64,000 nt of DNA, from assembly GCA_964016885.1 (NCBI GenBank), contig OZ024745.1, positions 116,126,001-116,190,000 of the forward strand, given 5' to 3'. This stretch comes from Eledone cirrhosa (lineage: Eukaryota). Position 1 is the stretch's first letter. The number at the start of each line of letters is the position of its first letter. The position numbers and the translations under genes were made by a program. The notes under the pieces were generated by a model, which was not told where the DNA came from, did no database searches, and saw only the letters and a program-made list of their open reading frames with translations. Shown here in pieces: positions 1-11,878 of the stretch.

Positions 1-1900
1 ATCCCTAAGTATTTATAGGTTTGTTCCTGCTCAAGTTCCTTTATGATTGTTTCAGCATCCAATTCAACTGAGTCTGAGTTGACAAGCTTCCCCTTCTTGA
101 AAGTGGCTTTTGCACACTTGTCAAATCCAAACTCCATCCTGATGTCATCGCTAAACGTTTTTACTGTCCGCAAAAGGCCTTCCAGTTCGTCATTATATTT
201 GCAATATAGCTTCAAATCATCCATATAAAATAGGTGGCTTATTTTTTTTTAGTCAATTCTATAACCGTACCCTGTTCTATTAAGTTCGGATGTAAGGGGT
301 ATTAAAGCTATGCAGAAAAGCAAGGGTGAAAGTGAGTCACCCTGGAATATACTACAGTTGGTGTTTATATTCCCCAGTATCCCAGTGGAATGAGACAATT
401 GGAGATTTGTGTTCCATTATGACATATTGTGTTTCAGGAAGTTTGTGATCACAGGTGAGATTTTGAAGATGTCCAGTGATTTCAGAATCCACGAGTGTGG
501 TGTGCTGCCAAGGGCTTTTTTATAATCGACCCATGCAGAATTGAAATTTCTGTGTTTATTATGACAGTTTTCAAGGATCATCCCATTAATCAAAAGTTGA
601 ACTTTGCAACCATATGAACCTCGTTGGGACCCTATTTGTTCAATGGGGAAAAGATTGTTCTCCTCCAAAAACATGTATGCTTTTTCCATGAGAATAGAGG
701 TTAATAGTTTATAAGTGGTGGACAAGCAGGTTATGGGCCGATCGTTTTTTGGATCGTTGGTTTCGTTGTTCTTTGGTAGAAGGTAGGTAATGCCAGTTGC
801 TATCCAATCAGGTGTATTTTTTGGATCTTGCATAGGCCCATTAAACAGCTTGTGAGTGCACGGGAGTGAGGAATGCCAGAATTTTGGCACCTTGTCTCTA
901 CCAGGAGATTTCCATTTATGAGATTTATTGAGTGCTGTCCTTAAGTCCGCTATAGAGATGTCTTGCCACGCTTGTTCTTCTAAATTTGTGTAGGATTTTT
1001 CCAAGCGACTAATCGAATCTACATTAGGATTATATGCCTTCTCATCAGTCCAAATCTTACTCCAGAAGTTTTCAACTTCTTCTATGGACTTCAATAATTA
1101 TTTTTTTCTTCCCTACTTCTATATAAAATGACTTGGCATTGGATGAGAACAACTTATTTTGCCTGTAGAAGATGTTTCGCTTCTCGAATCTACGAATTCG
1201 TTGGGCTTTTACTTGGACTTTTTGTTTCAGAGATTTTTTAAAAAAACTATTGCTTCTCTAGAAGACAGTCCATATGTTCTCTTTAGCTTTCTTACCTTCT
1301 TGGATTTTATATCATTTCCAGCGGTTAACTCACTCAATAAAGATATTTCTCCTCTCATTACGTCAATCTCCTTTTCGATTCTACTCCTCCAAATTGGTTT
1401 ACCTCGAAGGTTCGACTTTTTTTGTTTTTTTTGTGGTAAACAACTTGTTTCAATTACTCTAGCAGATGCATAAATGATTTCATTTAACTCAGTAAGATCA
1501 GGTTCTAGTTCTAGTATGATTTCTTTTGTCACAGAATTACCAATCATTATGTGTTTTCTATTAAGGGCGGTGGATTGGCAGTATCAGTAGAGGGTTTGAC
1601 GCCATGCTTTCCAGCATAGTTACGTCCCTTTATGATCTGAGTTCAAATCCCGCCGAGGTTAACTTTGCCTTTCATCCTTACGGGGTCGATAAAATAAAGT
1701 ACCAGTAATGCACTGGGTAATTGCTGGCCTTGTGCCTAAAGTAGAAACAATTATGTGTTTTCTATTTTGGATTGTATTTGGGAGTTTTTGAAGTGGTTCT
1801 CTATCAATTTCCTTCATAGTCTCCCTGTGTTCTTCAGCAGATGTTTGGTTTTCAATTAGTGTTTCTAAGTCCCTCACCTGGCTATTTTCAGCGGGTTCAA
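1..1900 (-). mobile_element. Degraded R4/Dong-clade (RLE-type) non-LTR retrotransposon: N-terminal region and RT, running off the window start
   Basis: Minus-strand frames give KSPGRDK, RPITCL, Q.GS.RGSYGCK.QL and WVDYKKA (ORF 417-1094), IFQGDSLSP (~325-350) and SHLFYMDDLKLY (~205-240). Frameshifts are present and a SINE interrupts it at 1563-1749. Confidence 0.88.
1563..1749 (+). mobile_element. tRNA-derived SINE (family A), full length, 17-bp TSD
   Basis: A-box-like TGGCAGTATCAG, B box GAGTTCAAATCC, central GCCTTTCATCCTTACGGGGTCGATAAAATAAAGTACC. TSD ATTATGTGTTTTCTATT at 1546-1562 and 1750-1766. Confidence 0.92.
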
Positions 1901-1920
1901 TTATTATTATTATTATAATT

Positions 1921-2105
1921 ATGGTGGATTGGCAGTATCGGTAGAGGGTCTGACGCCATGCTTTGCAGCAAAGAGTTACGGCCCTTTATGGTCTGAGTTC
2001 AAATCCCGCCGAGGTTAACTTTGCCTTTCATCCTTACGGGGTCGATAAAATAAAGTACCAGTAATGTACTGGGTAATTGTTGGCCTTGTGCCAAAAGTAG
2101 AAACA
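1921..2105 (+). mobile_element. SINE family A copy in an (ATT)n tract
   Basis: Same head, body and tail as 1563-1749, with (ATT)n on both sides. Confidence 0.9.
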
Positions 2106-2123
2106 ATTATTATTATTATTATT

Positions 2124-2600
2124 CTTTGAGTCTCAGTCATTGATGTTATTTAACTGGAAAGTTTGTTGAAATGAATATCAAGCCGCTACCTGCAGCCTCA
2201 GATATTCAGGACGTATCGGAGGGTTCTTGCTGTTCCCAGCAAGCATGCCTTTTGAAGTGTTCCAAAAAGCGGGGCTGGACTAATTTTCTTTAATCATCCT
2301 TGGTTAAAGACTGACTTCATGGCAGTTCCAAATCCTGTTTACCTCCCACTTTAAGTCCTGGTATCGATTAATTTTTTCCCTCCCCTTTTCTTGTACTCTC
2401 GTGTCAAATGGGCAAGCTACATCTACAATCACGCATGATCTTTTGTCCTTGTCCAAAACCACCAGGTCAGGCCTATTGTGTTCCAGTTTCTTGTCCGTCT
2501 GTATCCTAAAATCCCATACCACCTTCATCTGATCGTTTTCTATCACCGACTCTATGCTCATACCACTTCTCAGAATGTGGTAAATTGTTTACTTTGCCAG
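2124..2600 (-). mobile_element. 3' end of an R4/Dong-type LINE: restriction-like endonuclease, C-terminus and 3' UTR ending at (TAA)n
   Basis: ORF 2304-2561 reads VWDFRIQTDKKLEHNRPDLVV..IVDVACPFD..K..RYQDL. It is followed by QKACLLGTARTLRYVL, and the sense strand ends in (AAT)n at 2106-2123. Confidence 0.88.
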
Positions 2601-2604
2601 TGGG

Positions 2605-2706
2605 CAAAGTTAGCCTCAGCGGGATTTGAACTCAAACCGTAAAGGGGCGTAACTCTATGCTGAAAAGCATGGCGTCTGACCCTCTATCGATACTGCCAAT
2701 CCACAA
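2605..2706 (-). mobile_element. SINE family A, 5' half only
   Basis: Reverse complement gives the head GTGGATTGGCAGTATCG through the B box and GAGGCTAACTTTG. Confidence 0.85.
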
Positions 2707-5312
2707 TGTAAATTAGAATCATCCAGTTTTCTACTACTATCAGAAGTGAGAATGTTGCTTCTTGAAAATTACTTTCCACACCATAATTGTAATTATTAGG
2801 TAGAGACATTGCAGTATCCAGTTAAGAAATTGTGTTTCAAATAAAAGCCAAAACAAATATGTTTCTTATCGTACTGTCTTTGATGAATGTTTCATGTGTA
2901 TTTGTTTCAGATAACGAGAATATAGTTTACAATGCTAGGAAATTCTTTTATCTATTCACACGTTTGATACTTTGATCGTCTGGTTTTTAAATAAAATATA
3001 CAACTGTCTACATAATTACAACGAAGAGGCGATTTGTCTTTTGAGTGTATAAAGGAGGAAATATCTGTAAATATGTTCCCACAATATTCGTGATTAATAT
3101 TACTATTCTGTTTTTGTTTATCTTACCTAAGACCATATTGTTTCCAGAAAAAAAAGAAAAATCATGTAGCTCAATAAACGCATGTATCCTGAATCGAAAT
3201 TTGTTATACACGTTTACAATTGTATCTTAGGAAATGTAGTTTTATTCTTATTATCACTACGTTTATGCAAAAAAAAAAATAATAATAATACAAAGAATTG
3301 AAGTAAAATATTGATTCAACATTTCCGATCTGGAACTGTAAAAACCTTATGAATAAGTAAAATAATACAAAGAAGACATACAAGAGCATTCCGAATAGGT
3401 AATATCTTGAATTACCTCACGAAATATGATTTAGAAGGAATAAAACATCCCACTACATTTCTCCTGTCACTCAGATGGTTACATTTCTATACACCTGCTA
3501 TGTTGTGATATAATCTCAATAAATGTAGCTTACGTGTCTATGATATAACTACTACCAAAATACGATAAACATTATAGATTTCTGCAGATCAAAATAGATT
3601 TTGATCATAACGTGTAGGTTGAACCATAAAAGTGAAACTTAGATACTCGTGTTATTTGAAGTTACGTTCTCAATAATACATTTCCATATTAACAATATAT
3701 CATATAATTATAGCTAAGCTATAATTAAAGTTACGTTCCAATGTACCATAAAATCTAATAAATATTGCCATGCTAACATCATTTGGGTTATTCCATCCTG
3801 AAGATATATTTGAATATTTTCTTCATTGTCATTGTAGATTTAGTGCAAGCGATACCATAGCAGCAGAAGTAATATCAGTAACATAAATACCTCCACGGCA
3901 GGCCAGAAGAACAGTTCCATCTTCACTACTAGAAGCAATGGAAGTTTTACCTTATCCGCAATCCAGCAAAACACATAATCACTCATTCACTCTCACGTTC
4001 AATCTACCTCAGGACGTAGGGACGCTGGGGCATCATCATGTGATGAGGGAAAGTCAAGTCTTTCGAAAGAGGGCTTCGTGAGGACGAAGATAAATCAACA
4101 GATTAAAGAGGTGCACCTCCAGCTGAATGCCTGGGACTTTGACAGTGAAACAAACAGATCATCATCCTACCACTTAACAATAATACTACTACAACAATAC
4201 CCTCAGTTAAGAGGTTAAATACAACGGCAAACTTAACGAACTCCAAAAGATTAACGCACTTTAAAAAAAATACAGGAATAACAACAACAGCACCAAAATA
4301 ATCAATACCAAGGAGACACGAAATCAACACACCTTCATCAACTTCACTCGAAAAAGCACCAACTGTTTGGTGGATGAGGTAATAAATAATTTAGTAAAAA
4401 CACTGTACCAAACCGGGTTATTCTAATGAAATACCACGAACACAACTGAATATAATATATATTCAGCAAGACACAGAGACGTACAATACGATGAATGTAA
4501 AATCCGTGTTTGAGATTAGGCTTGTACGGAAAATATCAATTGAAATATTTCAGGGATGTCTATGGGGAACCTTCATCAACTACCGTGTTGTAAGGATTAC
4601 CTTCCCTTCTCCAAGATGATTAACCCCTCCGTGCTTCTCTTTGTTCCTACAGCAGAGTCGTACTCTGAGTTAAATACAATTATGGACGAGGGTTGGTGTC
4701 TGCTTAGGAGGAATGCCATTCACTCAACAATTAGTGAGACTATATATTCCGAGAGGCCTCATCTCGGGATTAATACGTCTCTTCCGGGTAATACGTGTAT
4801 AGCGATGTATAGGTGTTGTTTATAAAAGTGTTTGATTCTACAGAAAGTAGCAGTGAAGGCAATGGTGATAACTTTAAGCTAACAACCACTACATCCGCTG
4901 AAGCACTGCTACAATACTCCACCAGAGAGACAAAGTGCTATGAAAACCTCTTATAGAAACCAAAGTGGTGAACGGTACTGATGTGAGCGAGGCTCATTAC
5001 GTGTAATCGTTATTCTATATTTCGAGCTCTAATTTTACATTTTATGTTTGTTCGCTACTGTTATTGTAGTTGCTCGGTAATATGGTGGTACTTGTAATTT
5101 GTAGTATAATCGGAGACAACCCTATGTGATACATGGTAGAATGGGTTAGAATAAGACCAAATTTCGGTCGGGCGCTGGCAAATGGGTATCAGTTCAACGC
5201 TTTTATATGGCTCAACAATCTCACATAGCGGCTAATCTATGATTAGTGAGTTTCAGTCGCGAATCATTTTAATCCCTAACATATGCAGTGGCATCACATA
5301 AGGGCTCAAAAT

Positions 5313-5602
5313 ATAATGGGTTCTTATATAGGCACAAGGCTAGCTATTTTGGGGGGAGGTGACAGTCGATTATATCGACCCCAGTGCGTGACTGGTACTT
5401 TATTTTATCGACCCTGTAAGGATAAAAGACAAAGTTAACCTTGGCGGGATTTGAACTAAGATCATAAAGAGCTCAACATATAATGGTTTCTTGTATAGGC
5501 ACAAGGCCAGCATTTCTTTTTTCTTGGGGGGGGGGGTCGATTAAATTGACCCCAGTGCGTGACTGGTACTTTATGTTATCGACCCTGTAGAGATGAAAGG
5601 CG
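5313..5602 (-). mobile_element. Two tandem 3' portions of an older SINE A-related subfamily (poly-C insert before the tail)
   Basis: Repeated GGCACAAGGC..GGGGGG..GTCGATTA..GACCCCAGTGCGTGACTGGTACTTTAT..ATCGACCCTGTA. Confidence 0.75.
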
Positions 5603-6124
5603 CCATTTGAATGCGAAAAAATTTGTGTGAAAGAAAGAATTCTCATTTATTATGATTGTCACCAGTATCATTATCATCAATGATATCATCCTCATAATCT
5701 TAATTATCGTCGTCGCCATTGTAGTCGTCTTCTGTGTCATAATCGTTATCACAATAGATGTCATCGACTTTAATATCAGCAACAACAGCATAAATTAGAA
5801 ATACAAACCTCATCAACAGCAATGACATTCCTACCATCTGACAAGCAATATATTTTTGAAAAATATAATTTGAAGAGAATTTCCCCTTGAAAATCGTAAA
5901 AAGTTATGTATCTTCTGCTTATTAAGATATGGTAATAACAATGTTTCTTTAACTTACTATACTAATTGAAAACATTTCAATTTTCCCTTCCTATTCATCT
6001 GAAAGTTATGATTTGCTGAATCACGCAAAAATGTAATAATTATGTTTTCTATTTTTGAATATTTGCTTTAATTCAAATACTGCATTGCATGTATATATAT
6101 ATATATATATACATATATACATAC

Positions 6125-6162
<38 letters not shown>

Positions 6163-7009
6163 GGTGTGGGAAGGTATGGGTGTGTTTGTATTTATGTTTG
6201 TGTATGTGCATATTTATGTAAATATCTATATTACCTGTATATTCGTTGCTTCTCCTCCCCCCTCTCTCTTTCCCAAAACACACATATGTATTATTATTTG
6301 TAGTCTGCGGAATATAATTTTCTAGGTGATTTAACTCGAAGAGAGCACTCAATAATGGAATTCTTAGTTGATGCATTATGTTATTTGATGTTTACCTTAC
6401 AATTCCAATACATTCTTATAGTTTCCTATATAAATATATAACGTAATTATATTTTCTTGAAAATCGATTGATGTGTCAAAAATATTTCACTGTCTGTCGT
6501 AGAATTAAATTTACAAAATTCATCTTCAGCTATTATATCCAATTTATATTTTTCACAGATTTTAAGACCACTGAAGAGAGTGTATGGTACAAATGATAGA
6601 AAAGAATGTAACATGTATACCATATTCAGTTCAATTTCTGCATATTCAGAGATTTGCATTTTTCCCTCACTTCAATAGATTCGTTTTGGTCATCAAGTTT
6701 GCCAAATATTTTGAAAGGTGTTTTACGTAAATGAATGAAATGAGAAAAATCGTTGATTTCAATTTCAGTACTCTTATACTGTTATAACTTTAGAGAAAGA
6801 TACAATCATCGCAAATTAAACCAAAAGGAAAATATCTATAAGGCTCGTTAAGTCTTATAGCTCTTATTGATATTCCTTTCAACATCGAAAACATTTTAAT
6901 AAGCTACCTTAATAATTTTGGAAAATGTTACAACACAAAATATCTGATATACAAATTTCTCTGAAATATTACATGCAGCTTCTATTAAACACCATAGAGA
7001 TGTAATAAT

Positions 7010-7196
7010 TGTTTCTACTTGTGGCACAAGGCCAGTATTTACCCAATAGATTGCTGGTACTTTATTTGATCGAACCCGTAAGAATGAAAGGCAAAGTTAA
7101 CCTCGGCTGAGTTGAACTCAGATCGAAAAGGCACGTAACTCTATGCTGCAAAGAACGGCGTCAGATCCTCTACTGATACTGCCAATCCACCACCCT
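7010..7196 (-). mobile_element. SINE family A, full length, 15-bp TSD
   Basis: TSD TAGAGATGTAATAAT at 6995-7009 and 7197-7211. Confidence 0.9.
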
Positions 7197-7210
7197 TAGA
7201 GATGTAATAA

Positions 7211-8119
7211 TCTATATATATAAAACTGAGGATGTCTGTCTATGTTTGTGTGTGTGAGTTTGAATCCCTAAACCTCGAGAAGCACCCAACCGACTGTTTT
7301 CAAATTTACACATGTAATACTTATGTTTCAGGGAGTGCTCTGAGCAAAAGAAAAATTCAAATTTTCAATGCTCTAGGGACCGCATTAGTCGATTTAGCGA
7401 TCTCTCTCTATAATTCTTAGTCTTTCTCTTTTTAGATAGATACTTACATATAACGTCGCGCACATATAGTATCTGTCTGTATGTCTGGCTGTCTGCATTA
7501 CGTCACTTTCCTGAGGATGTCTGTGTGTGTGTCTGTGAGTTTGAATCCCTAATACTCGAGAAGTACCCAACCGACTTTTTTCAAACTTTACATGTGTATT
7601 ACTTGTTTCAGGGAGTGTTATGCACATACAAAATTCAACTTTTTCATCCCCTAGGTGAAAAACTGCATTTTTCAGGTTTTTAGGGGTTTCTTTGAGGCGT
7701 TACGTCAGACTAATTTCCTTGAAATTGTAACTATGTATTAGTCAGTCTCTTCTTCATACCGTGAGCAAAGAAATTCCAACCTTTTTATGGCCTAGGGCCA
7801 GCATTAGGTGAAAAACTTCATTTTTTCAGCTTTTTAGGGCTTTTTTAAGGGGTCACGTGTAGCCGATTTCCCCGAAATTTCAAGGCATATTATGCACATA
7901 AAAAAAATTCATTTTCTTGATCCCCTAGGGCCCGCAGTAGGTGAAAACCTACATTTTTACTGCTTTATCGAGGAAAATCTTAAAGATTATCCAGCCATCA
8001 GAGTATTCAGTTTATTTTCTTTACATATTGTCCAGGCATGCAGTTTTCCACGATTAAGTCTGTTGGCGGCCCGCGTTCCAAAATACCTTATCCACTGCAA
8101 CGCCGGGTACAACTGCTAG
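7211..8119 (+). mobile_element. Non-autonomous Helitron-type element
   Basis: 5' A|TCTATATATATAAAA and 3' GCAACGCCGGGTACAACTGCTAG|T. Inserted at AT with no TSD. The 5' block is internally duplicated (~7226-7380 vs ~7512-7655). Confidence 0.8.
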
Positions 8120-8636
8120 TATCAAATATAAATACAATCTACAGACTTCCTTCACAAAATGATTGACATAAACAGCCGTCATCAGAAGTTATTTATAAAT
8201 TCTGGTTTCAAATTATAGCGTATTCAGTAGTTTATTATATTTCATGTTTAATTAAATTACACAATTTAAATAGAAAAAGGAAAATAATTTGTTATGAATT
8301 TATTCGCATTGTTATGAAATATTTGTATATCTTCGGACAAGCATTTAGCTGAGTGATATGGCTATTATTGCACTATATATTTTAATATTTTTTTATAACA
8401 ACTAATATGCATATACGTATACATATATATATATATGTGTGTGTGTGTATGTGTGTATATGTGTGTGATTGTGTGTGTGTATGTGTGCGTGTGATTGTGC
8501 GTGCGTTTGTATGTCTGTGTGTGCGCGTGTGTGTGTGTATGAGTATATATAAAAGTATATATATATATATATATATATATTTGAATATGGCAAAGCCGGC
8601 CATTGAGCGCTCGTATACATAAAACTGACTGGCCTA

Positions 8637-8735
8637 TCTGCTGATATGCAAATCTGGCTGATCAGTGGATCTGCTAATATGCAGATCTGACTGATCAGCC
8701 AGTCTGTTAATATGCAAATAAGGCCGATCAGTCAC
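8637..8735. repeat. 3 x 33-bp tandem repeat with octamer-like ATGCA(A/G)AT motifs
   Basis: Units start at 8637, 8670 and 8703 (TCTGyTrATATGCArAT..GATCAG). Confidence 0.8.
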
Positions 8736-10939
8736 TGTATATTTTAGAAAATATCATATATTGTCACTAGCTCTGACAGTTTGGCAGGTGAACAGTGAAT
8801 TGCACTGATGAAAGGTAATCACCCAGAAACATTAGTGCCTTCAGTCCTGTTTACATGCCAACACAAGAGCGAGAATGAGGGGCTCATTCTACTGTCATGG
8901 CTTAAAAAGTGGCTTGTTTGCATAATTGCAAACGAATCGAATATTTTTATTAATATTCGAAAAACTCAGAGTACATTTATTGTATTCAGCCAAGTAGAGC
9001 GATAACTTTTTATTTTTATTTTATATATATATAAATATATATATAGACATATATATATATATTGACATATATATTTATTGGTTTTAGAAGCTATCCGAAG
9101 AGGATCTGTGCAGCTTAGGCCGTTCCCTACCTACTCAAAGATATTGTTCTTAAGTAAATAACTCAGAGCACACAATACTAGTTATAATTGCACACCTGTG
9201 CAATTATATTTGCATATCATATTCACCTGAAACTATCGATAGTTTCTGTACTACACTCTGTTCATAACAGTTATAACTGCAAGTGTCATTCACAGAAGTT
9301 ATGTAATACCCGCTCACAATACACAACTGGACGCTTAAGTGCATCCTCAGCGGGTGATCCTCCACTTCAAACGGAAACGTTTGTCTGTATCAACACATCC
9401 ATGTCCGGCTCTGCTATAGTTGGTCCAGCAACTTCTAGCTAGACTAAACGAATTAAAGTTTTAATTGTCTGTCCCATAACGTGAAAATATACAGAATGTT
9501 TATAAGAAGAAATATATGACAAAATTCCCAGGCAAATAAGTAGATCACTATATTAAATTGGGCTTAGATAATAATTTCACGAATAATGTTATATTAAATA
9601 ATCTTTCTAGTAGTTGAAATTGACAGCTTAAATCTACATATTAGCTACACATTCAATGATTTATTGTAGTCATAAAGCCGATAATGTATGCTATGTCTGG
9701 TAAGTGGCTGGTATAGTGCCGCATATTAATTTGCTTTGAATCATGGGGAGAGTATTATAATAATATTGTATATTTTATTAGCGGTTTCCCAGAAAGTTTA
9801 GGCAGAAGTAGAGACAGAACGACACTAATAAATTGGCTCGTCCTCCTACACAAATATGCTCGCGAACTTGTGATTATTTGACAGTGTGTGTGTGTTTATT
9901 TCAACGCGGAAGTCTAATACAGATTCTAATATTGAATATCTTTATTTAAAATATATATGGGTTGTTGGAGTATTAAAACTTAAAATTCAATAAAATAGCT
10001 TATTTATCCAATATACATTGTATATCTTATTGTTATCTTATTTGTCAGATTTTTGAATTTATATATTTGAAGTTTAGGAATAAATTAAGATCTTGTACAC
10101 TTTATATGAATTCGTAACCTGATTATATCTAGTATTAATGCATCAGTATTGTCAGAGTTCATATTTATAATAATATTTCGATATTTAAAATGTTTATATT
10201 TAAATCTCTATAGAAAATATTTTCCATTCTTTCTTTTGGGTGTATAACAAGCAGAATTTACTGTATACATTTCTAAACAATGCACTGCTTCCACAACAGA
10301 AACAATACAATAAGAAAACGCGCTTCGAAATACCTTAGACATTATAAACAACCATAAAGACGTGGGTAAAGAATCAATAAAGGGAGATTTCTTTTTAATG
10401 AGAACTTACAAAGGAAGTCGGTCTTCTTCAAATGAATGAGAATCCACAGACTAAGAACATAGATTATCATTATAGCACGGCAGGTAGAGAACCACAAACA
10501 GAGAAAGAAAATATACAGAATCTATAAGCAATATCTATAAGCAGAATCTATAAGTAATATCAAATAGATTCACAGAATGGGAAAAACATAAATCAAGCAG
10601 CTTTGAAAGATATGGCGAGCCAGATGAATGGAGCTACCACGTTCTATAGCAACACAGCTCACGCTCAAAGATGTAAAAGTTCTGTCATTCGATCCAACTC
10701 AGCGTTTCGTGGAATCCACTAACGATGAAAGGTGAAAACGTAAACGTTTAGGTGTTTATTGCAACAGTTATCAGTCCAACTTTATTAAAGAAACAGCATC
10801 TATACCTGGCCTCACAAACTCTTCCTAGATATATCTTTGAGTGATTGAATTTGACGAAACGCCGCAATACAACAATCGTAGTACTTTTTAATACTCAATT
10901 GGAGAGGGATCATAATAGCGTTATTGGTCAATGAAATAT

Positions 10940-11710
10940 TTATCGAGAAAAAAAACGTAGCAGAACCACGCCCCCAACTGTCGATCTACTGTCATGTGAC
11001 AGTCGCTTAATTACTGAGAGAAAGGATACAGCAATATTCTTACTACAATCACATTTAGCAATACCACCACAAACATGAACTGTGACAGCAACAGCGAGAA
11101 CACTAACTTTAAAAGAACTAATGACAACATCAACCACAGCAGTAACAAACAAAAAACAGGCAGCAGAAACCATGACAACAAAAACAACGAAATTAACACC
11201 ACTAACAAGAATATGAACAGCGACAGCAACAACACCGAGAACAATAACAGTAACTGAAACAGCACCAACAAGAACAATAATAGCATTACCAACAACAAGA
11301 AAGCTTTCACTGCGGCAGCAGCCAATAAGAGGCCATGTTTCAGCGTGGGCCTCACAAATAAAGATGAAAAGTTGGCCCAGGCCTTGAAACTCATTAAACA
11401 AGAGCAAATCTGAGCCAACTTAACTTTCCCGGCAGAAACTATTGAAGAAGTGGAGCGTAGAATGGTGAATTTCAGCAAAAACAAAGAGAGCGGCTTTAAT
11501 TGCCCAGGCAGATATTGAGCCGCGCTGAGATGCATCAGCGATGACAAGGAGTACATAGCGAGGGGCAGACAGTATGGCACCATTTCGGTGTTGTTTAAGT
11601 TAGAAGCCCTCGCTATGAATCATGCTATGACACCTCGTAAAACCAGCAAGGTCATTATGTACCCTCCCACATAGGAAAACGAACAGCTCGTGTCCGCATT
11701 CCGACGTACT
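10940..11710 (+). mobile_element. Diverged Tx1/L1 ORF1 5' relic
   Basis: Asn/Thr-rich leader, then a stop-interrupted frame GRQYGTISVLFKLEALAMNHAMTP that aligns by eye with KYGTVVVFFGTQQEAREHSITP in the downstream element's ORF1. Confidence 0.6.
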
Positions 11711-11878
11711 TCACAAAGGTTTGTTGTTTTCAGTTGTTTCAAATTGCGAGTTATGGAAAATGTTTGTTGTTAAGTGTTTATAAGTTCACATATATTGCTT
11801 ACTGAAAAGGACACTTAATAATATTGGTGCCTTGAGCCCAAAACTTAAACATTTATAATTATCAAACAAAAACTTTCT

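Noticed and set aside
1563-1660. tRNA gene (A and B boxes)
   Set aside because: No cloverleaf, and it continues into a SINE body repeated many times with TSDs.
2106-2200. R4/Dong element as the SINE A partner
   Set aside because: Its tail is (TAA)n on the sense strand, opposite to the SINE's ATT polarity, and no shared 3' sequence was seen.
4035-4082. Hammerhead-like TGATGA-GGGAAAG..CTTTC-GAAA
   Set aside because: Lacks the conserved C of CUGANGA, has weak stems and is single copy; may be chance.
10940-11583. Hydrophobic minus-strand ORFs resembling membrane proteins (also 12.0-13.6 kb)
   Set aside because: Antisense shadows of the A/C-rich LINE ORF1 sense strand.
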